A stretch of DNA of 63,112 nt, filler included, from Lenisia limosa (lineage: Eukaryota > Protista > Breviatea), in the NCBI GenBank assembly GCA_001655205.1. It is 10 parts of 10 records of this genome, joined end to end, with 100 filler letters (N's around TTAATTAATTAA, not from the genome) between each part and the next. Parts side by side here need not be neighbours in the genome. Positions count along the whole stretch, not along the records: positions 36,336 to 48,229 come from LPNZ01004362.1; positions 48,330 to 51,491 come from LPNZ01008137.1; 8 more parts are not named here. One strand, given 5' to 3'. The position numbers and the translations under genes were made by a program. Positions 37,150 to 48,387 of this stretch are shown piece after piece. The notes beneath the pieces were generated by a model. The model was not told the DNA's origin. It saw only the letters and a program-made list of their open reading frames with translations, and searched no databases. Within the stretch, counting starts at the first letter, position 1. Every line of letters starts with the position of its first letter.

Positions 37150-40100
37150 ACATGGTTACTCGTCATCGTCAGAATCCGACAAGTTGAGTGCGAGGTCTAC
37201 AAGATCAGTTTGGGGGGGGGGGGGTGAGCTTGATTGAGTGCGCCCTCAGAGACTCCTCCAACCTTCTTGAGATTGTATCAGACCATCTGGGCCAACCTGG
37301 GTGGTAAGCGACGGTCACAGTGCGTATGAGATGTGTGATGCCCAAGAAAACCCCAAGCATACTTGACTTGAAGGTTCGTCGAAGCTGAGAGTCTCATTTT
37401 GTGCTGGCTCTACTAAAGTGCCTCCTCCAGTGATTTCCATGGATTCTAGCCGGTCAGAAGGCTCCGGACCTGAAATAGACTCCTTAAAATCCAAGAGTCC
37501 CAGGAAGCCCACCATTAAAGGTGTCAACCGAAGGAGCAGTGCTAGAGGATGACACGGCCCGGCCTCTCCTGCCGTATGTTCTCGGCGTGCATTGCGACGG
37601 ACTCGATCGCGTCGGCGTCTTGCGCGCTCTGAAGGCGTGAACAAGGGCTTTGCATTGGTCGACAAATACAGGTAAAATAGCAGGATTTATTGAGAGTTTC
37701 ATTGAAGCCTTATTTGTCACGGATACCTCCACCAGCTCAAGATCATGTTTAAACGCCAGATTTCATAATTGATATGTAGTGTTGTCTTGGCATTGATCAC
37801 CATTTCCCCTCACCTTTTCGGAGACGCAGCTGCTTCAACGTCATCATCAAGGTCCATTCCAAGCCCGTCCAAGTTCTGGTCCTCATCCTTTGGTGCGGCG
37901 GTCTTCCGTTTCACCCTGTCATGTAAAAGGTAAAGAATGAACTTCCGTTTCACCCTGTCAGTCAAAAGGTGAAGAATGAACTTGACAATAAGCACAGAGG
38001 CGTATGAGCATACGGAGCTTTGCGAGGTTTAGCCGGGGCCTCTTTGGCAGGAGCTTTCTTGGCTGAAACGTCAATTCAAGAAAATGTGTTTAGCGATATT
38101 ATTAGAATTTGCCCCGGAAACATGTATTGGGAATTGACTTGTAAAACAAGACAGCAAACGCTCATTCAAACCTGGTGTTTTCTTGGCTGGCTTTTTGGTA
38201 GTTTTAGCGGCCTTTTTCATTGCTACTAACATGAGTTGTGATAAGAGAAACAAAAAGTAGTTAATATACATGTATGTACCTGGCTGAATTAATCTACACA
38301 TTGAATTGACACTGCCATGACTTGAAACTCACCGGGCTGGCTTGTGGCTTCTTCTTCTGACTCGATGCCCCCATCCGAGGCTTTGTTTTCGTCCTCTTCG
38401 TCAACAGGAGCCTTACGTAATCTATTGATCAGTTAATAGCGGTGATATTTCCACGTAAACATGCTCCCTTTAGCCCACCTTTTCCTTGTAGTTCGTCGTT
38501 CCTGGGTGAAGACTGGTTCTGAAAGATCCGACTCGTTGTCTCCGTCATCATCTTCTCCCTGTTCTTCACTCGCCGAATTGTGGTCCGTGACATCCTGAGT
38601 GTTAAAATGTATCGAACTAATAATAGATCATGCCCCCACCCCTCTGGCCGAACCTGTCAAGCGTCATCCCACTTTTTGTAATGATAATAAAGAAATGGCA
38701 AAAGAAAATGGTTGTAAAAGGCAGATATAGGATAAGTCGTGACTGATTTTCTTTGGGAATTTATATAGTAAATCGGTCAAGACATATCCTGGTCACTGTA
38801 TATCATATGCATATTGATATATTGAGCTTTCTTGAAGATCGGCCTGCATGTTGTATTATTAACGTCATGCTACCCCATCATTGTCTTCCCCTGGTTACCT
38901 CATCATTGTCTTCCTCGGAGTTGTCATCGCCCTCCGATTCGCTAAGCTCCTCCGCCACAACCTGCGCCGCGATGAGAGGCAACTTTTTACAACAAAATTT
39001 GATACTAATAGCACAGCATTGTATAGGAATGTAGACCAAAAGGGACAACTTTTGCTTAGGTGTGAAATTGTTATTACTATTGCCCCCTCACTGTCGGGCC
39101 CTTCCGCTTCCGTGGCGCCTTGGCAGTACCCACCTTCTTCGCCCGAGGTTTACGTGGTGCTCGCGGCTTCTTCTGGGGGAGGGGGGTGAGAAATGACAAC
39201 ATCTCATTTGCAATACTCCCCCTCCAAATACTCCCCCCAGTAAAATGTGAGGTTCATGAAAGAGTTTATAAAAAAAAGAAAAGTGAAGGGGAGGAATGAT
39301 GTAGAAGAATGATATGGAAGAAAAACAAAAACAACAATAACTTGACCTTGCCAACCTCTGAAGGGTCTTTGGGCTTGCGGGCCTTTGATTTTGGTTTATT
39401 TCCTTCTTCGGCGAGGGCCTGTCGTTCGGCTTCGGAGTCGATGTCACTAACATCACTCTGGTCCTGGGGAGTAAGGACAACAACAAACAATAATTGCATT
39501 AAATAATTAACCGATCTTCATGGTAGTGTTCTTATGTTTTCACCTGTTGTACTACTGTTACGCCAATCGCCGACCTGGACCAGGTTTTCGAAGAAGTTTT
39601 CAGTGGCAGTGGTAGCGACGGTAGTGGTGGTTTCCACGTTATTGTTAACAGTCGGTATGGTGGCAACGAGGTCGTTTACATCAGTGTTGAACTCCTGTGA
39701 TCATGAATGGAGGGTATCTAACATAACAGCAGCGCTTCAATCAATTCTGGAAATTATCCGAAAAAAGAAATATACAATATCATATCAATAATCATATCGA
39801 TATGACATCAAAATTGTTTTTGTATTTTTACAGTAAGACTCCCCCCCCCCCCNNNNNNNNNNNNNNNNNNNNNNNNNNNNNNNNNNNNNNNNNNNNNNNN
39901 NNNNNNNNNNNNNNNNNNNNNNNNNNNNNNNNNNNNNNNNNNNNACTAATGTCAGAGTAGACAATGGAGCTCAGAAGGTCCGAGTACGCAGACTCTGCAT
40001 CTGTTAATTGCCAAGTTTTTTTCGATCTATTAGAAAAATATTGTATCTTTATGAAAAGTGAGATGACCATCCTTTTCATAAAAACGAACAACTACTATCC

Positions 40101-43100
40101 CTACTCACCCTGAATAGCCTTCCTTTCCTTCTCAACCTTCTTCTTTGTTTTTTTCTTGGCCTTTTTCTCTTCCTTTGCAGCCCTCTTCGCGCGCCTCTCC
40201 CTCCTCCTTTCCTCTCTTCGGGCCTCACGTCGTGCCTCTCTTGCTTCTTCAAGGGTTAGCATTATTCAGACATTATTTTCTATGCAATTGATGACGCCAC
40301 AGAGGCCAATAAATACTGTACTGGAAACACCGAAACATACCATCGTATCCGAGAATATTAACATAATTTAAATGACAAACGACGCTACCCAGAGCGTGTA
40401 GTATGATCTCAGAGCAAGGCAGATGACTAACAATATATGATATCCATAGCAAGGTTGAGAATGGTTTCATTCTCCAGAGCCTCACCGTAATAAGCCTCAG
40501 TGTCACGTCTGATTTGCTCGTCATCTGGTTCGCCACCATCATCCTTTGTCTCTTCTTCTTCATCATCCTTCTTCTCTTCACCATCCACTTCAGAGTCTTC
40601 TGTATATTGAGTTCACAACTTTTTTTTTTGAAAAAAAGAAGAATATTTTTTATGCTATATTTAAATCCAAGAAAATGACATTCCATCCCACCGTCAGACA
40701 CAACTTTTCTTGCCTTCTTCTGTTCCTTTGCAACAGGTTCTAAGAAAGGGATTAATAAACATTGGAGTGGTCCTGTTGTGTTATAAAGATACGGATTCAA
40801 TAAACCGATTATGCCCCCCCCCCCCNNNNNNNNNNNNNNNNNNNNNNNNNNNNNNNNNNNNNNNNNNNNNNNNNNNNNNNNNNNNNNNNNNNNNNNNNNN
40901 NNNNNNNNNNNNNNNNNNNNNNNNNNNNNNNNNNNNNNNNCGTGAGGTTACGGGAACCATGTAGCAGAGCATAAACCCAAGGTAATGCTGTGACAAGAAT
41001 TAGGCAAGTATGCTCACCAAGAAGATCAACATCATCATCGCCATCTGAGATCGGATTATCCTGTGGGGGAGGGAGGTCCTCGGGATCCATGGGGAGAGGC
41101 ACCATGTCCATTGGTTCGTCATCGTCACTATTCAGTCAAATAGCACAAATCCAACTAGATACGTGCAACAGCGTGAGAAAAAACAGGTCCCACCAGGTGT
41201 AGTGGTAATATCCTTTAAGGCCCCTGAACACATCACAAAATAATCTACAACAACTCTTCGCACCTTTCTTCGACCCTCTTCTGGGTGGCAGTCTTGGGCT
41301 TGTCTGTCGGAGTGACCCCGTCTTTGACGTCAATAACATGAGACAATAGAAAGTGACAGATGAAGATACACGCAGTTGTATTGTATGAAAGCACAATGTA
41401 TAATTTGAAACAAGCTACAAATTAACCAAGGGGCGAAAAGAGCAAACCATTCAAGGTCTTGGTTTTATCAAAGGCAAGCAGACCACTCCTATTTCACTCC
41501 TTGACCAATGATGAGGTTTGTCCCATACCTGCAGCTATGGCATTTTCGTCATCAGAAGACTCAGCAACCGTGCGTTGCTGCTTCTTTCGAGTTAATTTGG
41601 CCATCAGCTCCAGGTCCAAGTGCTTCGGCTTCTCAATTCCGAATTCGTCTTCGTTGTCTGAGGCGCTGGCTGGAGAGGTTATGCATTCATTGGGGTTGGT
41701 GTTGTACTGTGAAGGGAAGGGAAGAGTAAGAGGCATTTATGTTATATTGCCTAGTCAGTACTTCCATCCCATGCCTTTTCATTTTGATTTTTTTAAAATA
41801 TAACATCGATGAATAATGGACAAAAAAAAAAATCAGAATAATGATAGACGTAGTAAACGGCTAACAGAAAAGGCACAAAAATCAAAGACGAAACCCCCAT
41901 GAACAACAACACTCCTCAAACAATCAGTGGCACTGCTGACATCAGGGGAGGACGCGGAGTCAGAATCACTTCCTTCATGACCTAACTTCTGCCTTCTCTT
42001 TTGCTGTTTCCGCTGCTTTCTGAGCTTGGCTTCGGCAGGGTCCCGGGTCCGAGTGGGCTTCAAGGACGACTTGCTATTGACGTGAATATATATTACATGT
42101 TATTATACGTATTATAATATTAATAGCAATCCAACAAAATGAAGAAAGTTTTTTAGCTTTTACCCCGCCCCGCCCACATCATAGTTTCAAGGATAGAGCC
42201 GAGCTCGATATGCGGGGTAACCTCAGAGCGGAATTTAGTCGCGACCGGAGTCAGGCCCTCCTCAGTGGCACTACCGCCAGCGGCCCTAAACCTGAGAGGT
42301 GAGGAGAGAAGCTGCATATGATATCAAACGTTTACACAGTACAAAAAGCTTGAGCTTCATAAATCGCTATCAGTATCTGGGTATTCAAAGGAAGTGCACT
42401 TATGAAAGCCATTTTACAAGATCATTAAATATTTCCTCAAGGACTGAAGAGTTAGGCGTACTGTTTCACAGCATTGGACAGCCTCTCTCTAAAGGCGCGA
42501 GGCACCCTGCCTTGAGTTGATTGGTACCCAAGGTCTCGGATGTTCTTCTTGATCTAGAGCTTGTCAGTTGAGGTAAAACTACGGCAAATACGGAACAGAG
42601 ACGCGGACCACTATTTCAGCACGTTTTTCCTCTCCACCATGACCCACCGCTCTTTCAGGTTTGTTGAAGGCATCCGTGAGGGCAATAATCCGGCTTTCCT
42701 CTAAAAGAGGTAAACAAAATACTCGAAGTCAAAAGCACCAAAAACAACACAATCAAGAGGCCAGCCCACCATCCACTTTGAGGTTGCCCTCGAAGACGCG
42801 TTTGAACGACTCATTCTCCTCCTCGGTCCACACAAACGTTGAGGCTGGGAGGTCGGCAAGGTTCTCTTTCCTGCATGGTCAAAATGACCTCTCGAACATT
42901 ACTATCACTACTATGTGACTTATGGTGGAGAGATGAGAAATTACAAAGGAAGCACAACACCGAAACCCTTATATATTGCAATATAATACATGCCTATTCT
43001 AATTATATTATAGCAATGTACTAAACAGCGTTACGCACCTGAGAATCTTCCTGACGGTTGCCTCATCCACTTTGGTGACAACGGAAATCTCATAAGCCAA

Positions 43101-46100
43101 TTGCTCGCGTTGGTACTGTGACTGCATGCTGCAATGGTGAGGGATTCGACCAAGGAGTACGATGTAGGCAAAAGAGAGAAGGATGTTGTTGAGCAAGTGC
43201 AGGTCTAAATTGGTGCCTCATCAAGCGGAACCAACTTAAAAAGAGACGGGATTACTCAATAGATTCTCGATAAAAATCAAATAAAACCAAAAAAAAGTTG
43301 AGCCCCTGTCTGCGTACTCATTGAAAGCGCTTATGACGGCGGCAGAGGACACATCAGTTTGGATCTCAAGATCCCTATGTCGTAAAGGTGCTAAGAAGCC
43401 ATCTTGGAAAGGATGCGACAAGAACGTTTGTGGTGATAATCCCTGAGGTACCGAAATTGCAACCAGTATCCATTTGAACTGAAGGAAGCCACCAAAAGAG
43501 ACCCCATACAAAGACGATCAAAACAAATAAGCCATATTACTTGAACAATATGACCCAAATTAGCCCACTCGAGCTTCTCCTGCACAACGGTCTCGTCCCA
43601 TTCTCCGTTGTAGTAGTACGACACCGCATCACGACGGTTCTTATGCCATACGCTCTCCTGCAAGATCTCTGGAAGGGTTAGCTTGGGGCTACAGATCAAT
43701 AGGATGACGATACTGGAATACGATGGGCTAATTTCGTTCATCTCACAGGAGCAACAAACACATGGGTCTGGCATCAGAAGATTCCCCACTAACTCCAATT
43801 TGGCCGCTTCTTTTCGACAGGTTGCCCCTCTAGTAAGGTGAGAGGGGATTTTCAAAACTTGAAAGGGAAAGTAGCTCTTCCCAAAGTCATGAAGATAGGA
43901 ATATATCAAAAAAGAAACCTTCAGGTTAACTTCAGAATTGATAATTACTGCATTGAATTGAAATCAATACTCACATAATGAAATTACAAGATAAAGCAGG
44001 TGACATCTATGCCCCCACATACCAACGGGGGGCTTTGGAGGAGGGGCAGTTTCCCAACTCAATAAATGTGGAGGATAGATCTAAAGAGGTCAATTTACCA
44101 GCGATAGGTTTGTCGAAAGCGTTTATAAAGAAGATACAAAACAGCACCCCATCCCCTTCCAGCCTACTTGTCTCATGAAGCACTTGATAACGAAAACGGA
44201 AAGGCGGGAAATATTCTAATAGGTTACTCGCTTCACTTTACAATGAAATATGACTGTTATTATTTGAACAGTTGTAAAATTCTTAATTGGGTGTGGGCTT
44301 CTGTTTTGCCCCCACAACAAGGTGTATCACTCAGAAAGAGATATAATTCCGGTCTTCNNNNNNNNNNNNNNNNNNNNNNNNNNNNNNNNNNNNNNNNNNN
44401 NNNNNNNNNNNNNNNNNNNNNNNNNNNNNNNNNNNNNNNNNNNNNNNNNNNNNNNNNNNNNNNNNNCGAGAGGGGACGTGGCAATCTCATGAAAACAACG
44501 GAGGATGTTGATATTGTAGAGCAGCGCCGGTAAATGCTGATCATTGGCAAGACGGAAGAACTGAACGGAGTGAAAGCTTTGAAACAGTCAGTGAATGAGG
44601 CTTCAAGAAATTATGTCTTCTTAATCAAATGCCGAACAAGAATAGTGATTATTTAACTCATGTGAGAAGCATTCGGTCTGAAAACAACTTTTCTCATTCT
44701 CCCCCCCCCCCCCNNNNNNNNNNNNNNNNNNNNNNNNNNNNNNNNNNNNNNNNNNNNNNNNNNNNNNNNNNNNNNNNNNNNNNNNNNNNNNNNNNNNNNN
44801 NNNNGTTAGTCTTCCAGTCTTCAAGAAGCTTGCCGTACACTGTCAGAATTCCGGCGGTGCCTTCCAAGTTAAAGATCAATGGGTTGTTGATATCATATGC
44901 TACTTTACGAATTTCAAAAGAAGTATTTGATTTTGATCTGAAGCCTCTTGGATGAGGCAACATCCAACACACCCATAAAGTTGCAGTTTTACTTAGAAAA
45001 ATAAATATATATATATATTTTTCTCCATGCTTACAGAAGTCTTCATAATGCACATCAGGCTGGGTCAGCAGCTCAATGAGCCCGCGGTCTTCGGGCTAAA
45101 GGGGTTTCATGAGTATTTATGTTCTCAAGTGCGCTCATATACGATGTATAAGCCGATAATTTATCCCTCTTTGGTTTATTGCGATTTTGGAATGAAGGAA
45201 TCATAAGTTGAGGAAGTACAAAGACCAAGGTAGAAGAGGTCCACAAAACCTACATGATCATCAGTATCACCAAACGCTTCACTCAACTCTGCAGCCTTCT
45301 TTTGCGCACGGTTGACCCTCGCGATATCCTGGCAGTGTCATTGTTTGAATGCCCATATCCTTTGGGTTTATTGTCTTTTTTTGTGAAAAAAAAAACTCTT
45401 AGACAACTGACCTGTTTCTGCTTCCAAAGCCTCTTCTCGGTCCGGGTGAGTCCCTCGGGCATTGGGGCGTCTGGGTCAACGTCATCAGTATCTACGAGGG
45501 TAAAGATATGCAATTACATGAGAGTGGGAATGGGAAATATAAAACGTTATGTAGATCTGGCCAATATCATATTTTGATTGAACCTAACCCCAAGTATTTA
45601 TCTCATACCCCAAACACATGGGATGTAGCAATGAAAAAAAAAGAACACGTGATGAAAGAGACGGATCAGTTCACACCGGCAATAGATATAGTGTCGGTAT
45701 CAGTCTTCTTGCTGGGCTTCTTTTCGTCCTTTCCGGTCATACGATCGAGGCATCGGTGACCGTAATGGATGGCTACAATCAAGTCCCTCAAGAACCTGTA
45801 CGGGTAAATGTGGTTTTGGTGCATGGAAATTCATCAAAAGATATGACACAGAGACAATATCGATGACTATCATTTATTCACAAAGCTACGTGTTTTTAAT
45901 TTGTTCCACCAGGTAATCTGAGGAAGAAGGGAGAATGAGAATTTTCATAATAAAAGGGGGGGGGGGGGAAGNNNNNNNNNNNNNNNNNNNNNNNNNNNNN
46001 NNNNNNNNNNNNNNNNNNNNGGTGTATACGTTTTCGAGTGGATTTTCGGTTTGTATTCTTCTAATGCGATTCTGAGCTCTTCTTGCATGCCTGCTCCTCC

Positions 46101-48100
46101 CTAGAGTATTAGTATACATTTTTCGTATTTGTTTAGGAGAAAAGTATTATTCAGGTCGAAAAAGAATATCCCCTCCCCATCCCAATATTATCCCTAGGGC
46201 TTCACTTCGGTTCGAAAAAGACCTGTAAAATATCGATAGTTTTCGAGATTTATCGAGAAATTCAGTCCTTTTTCGAACCGAAGTGAAGCCCTACTTCTCC
46301 CTCAGGAGTACCCACCATTGTTGCGAAAGTTCCGAAACTCTGTTGGCCGATGTGAAGGGATTCCTTATCGGCTCGTTTGAGGAGAGAGTTCATGCACATG
46401 TTCTAAGATGTTACCAACGCAAAAGAGTCATTATGAAACATACGATTGCTGTAAAAGATTCTTTTACTTCAAAACCATAAAACCAAAATCGCGAAGCCCT
46501 CTCAGTACCAGTCCAATAAACGCATGGGTCACGATCCCCGTAGTGACAGGGTCTTTCTCGGAGATGGCTGTTGTAAACAGGCTGTTGAAGTGCGTAATTA
46601 CCTAAGATGTCAGGGTGACTTGATCTTTACGCACTGAAACAATTGTTGTTTCTCTTCAAAATAATATGCTTTGATAAGAGATGAATTATTATTGTTGTGT
46701 TGAGATTAGGGCTTCACTTCGGTTCGAAAAAAGACTGAATTTCTCGATAAATCATCAAAAAGTATCGATATTTTACTGGTTTTTTTCGAACCGAAGTGAA
46801 GCCGTAGTTAAGATAGTAGGATATGCTATCCGATTGGTGGTTTTACCTAACCCACCTCTTCGGACAACATTGTGCGGATAATGCCACCATCAATTTGCTG
46901 ATCCTAAATCGACTTAGAAAAGAATGGTTCACAGCAGAAGTAATGCACTGTCTCTGCATTGGTACAAAAAATAACGAAGAAACAATTTTAAGATGTAGTA
47001 GACCATACTGATGTCTCTTTCATGGGGGGGNNNNNNNNNNNNNNNNNNNNNNNNNNNNNNNNNNNNNNNNNNNNNNNNNNNNNNNNNNNNNNNNNNNNNN
47101 NNNNNNNNNNNNNNNNNNNNNNNNNNNNNNNNNNNNNNNNNNNNNNNNNNTTGGAACACAAAGCCCAGAACAAGGACGATGTTCCGCTGGTCCGGCAGCG
47201 AGATCTGCGCGTCTTCGGGCTGGCTCTCAATTGTTCGGAACACGCGGTCAATGAGCACTAATTAGTTATGGTTTCGTCCAACGTAAAATAAGAACTAATT
47301 CGTTATGGTTTCGTACAATGTCAAACAAGAAGCGTGAAAACTCCTTGTGTCAATATTCATAAACAGTTCTCCAATGGGTAACCCTACCTGAAAAGCCACC
47401 AGACGCAATTGTTGAAGTGCAGATAGACGCGATAATCTTCAAGGTTTCTGGTCTGAGGTTTTGGTGGATAGAAACATCTTCAGCTGCGGGGTAAATGCCA
47501 TCTTTAATAGACAAACAAAAATTAAAGAGAGGAGGTCCTTTGAAAATATAATTGAAGCAAAAAAAAAACAGGCTTGGGATTAACATGAAAAAACTTGCAT
47601 AGTCACATGATATTACAGAATATTATTAATAATAATTTAAACATTTACGGAACCAACCCTGTTTTTGGCCTCTGAAGTACTTCTTTTGGATTTTCTGGAA
47701 AACGTCAATTTTGTAAATAGACATTGTTATCATTTCCCATGACTAGGGTTTCACTTCGGTTCGAAAAAAGACTGAACTTCTTGATAAATCCTCGAAAACT
47801 ATCGACATTTTCCCGAACCGAAGTGAAGCCTTATTTATTTCCCATTCTCTTTTTATTGCTCTTTTCCTTTCTCCACTCTCAGTTCAATATTATGTCAACA
47901 CCATCATGTGAAAATTACTATTGCCCAACTGTACACCAGCCCCTGTAACCCCATTCTCCCCACCTTTTCAACGGGCACGGCTGCGTCCTTGAAGTTAGCG
48001 TGGCGGTGTCTTCGGGGGGCTGATGTCTCACTTTTGAGAATCTGAACAGCGGTTACTGACTCCCCAGAAAAACCAATATTTATCAGGGAAATATTGTTTT
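37150..48100 (-). CDS. Long multi-exon hypothetical gene (or adjacent genes); acidic and Lys/Arg-rich low-complexity C-terminal part
   Basis: Dozens of GT-AG exons, e.g. ENLADLPASTFVWTEEENESFKRVFEGNLKVD, IKKNIRDLGYQSTQGRVPRAFRERLSNAVK, DLHLLNNILLSFAYIVLLGR... and DQSDVSDIDSEAERQALAEEGNKPK. I did not recognise a family and cannot exclude more than one gene. Confidence 0.55.
37903..37983 (-). repeat. 39-bp tandem duplication spanning a 3' splice site
   Basis: The unit TTCATTCTT(C/T)ACCTTTT...GACAG|GGTGAAACGGAAG occurs twice on the minus strand. Confidence 0.85.
46195..46293. mobile_element. MITE family 1, full length
   Basis: TAGGGCTTCACTTCGGTTCGAAAAAG...TTTTTCGAACCGAAGTGAAGCCCTA; flanks ATTATCCC/CTTCTCCC (6/8). 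Confidence 0.9.
46707..46806. mobile_element. MITE family 1, full length
   Basis: Same TIRs; flanks GTTGAGAT/GTTAAGAT (7/8 TSD). Confidence 0.92.
47258..47331. repeat. Tandem duplication, ~37 bp x2
   Basis: ACTAATT(A/C)GTTATGGTTTCGT(C/A)CAA...AAGAA twice. Confidence 0.75.
47744..47833. mobile_element. MITE family 1, internally deleted copy
   Basis: TAGGGTTTCACTTCGGTTCGAAAAAAGAC...CGAACCGAAGTGAAGCCTTA; no TSD recognised. Confidence 0.85.
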
Positions 48101-48387
48101 GGACCAAAGGAACAGTGTGAAAACACATCCTAATATATTATTACTGAACTTATTTCAAAGACAGTGTTATTGACTAACTCATATTTAATACATTTAATAT
48201 TATATGTTATAATATGTATAAGTATGATANNNNNNNNNNNNNNNNNNNNNNNNNNNNNNNNNNNNNNNNNNNNTTAATTAATTAANNNNNNNNNNNNNNN
48301 NNNNNNNNNNNNNNNNNNNNNNNNNNNNNACTCGGATTTATGAAGCAAAAACAAACTCTGCTAAAGACATCCACCCCCCCTCCCACT

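Noticed and set aside
46707-46806. GGTTCGA in family-1 elements as a Pol III B-box (tRNA/SINE)
   Set aside because: The motif is part of a TIR present at both ends. There is no A-box, cloverleaf or poly-A tail, and the 8-bp TSDs fit a DNA transposon.
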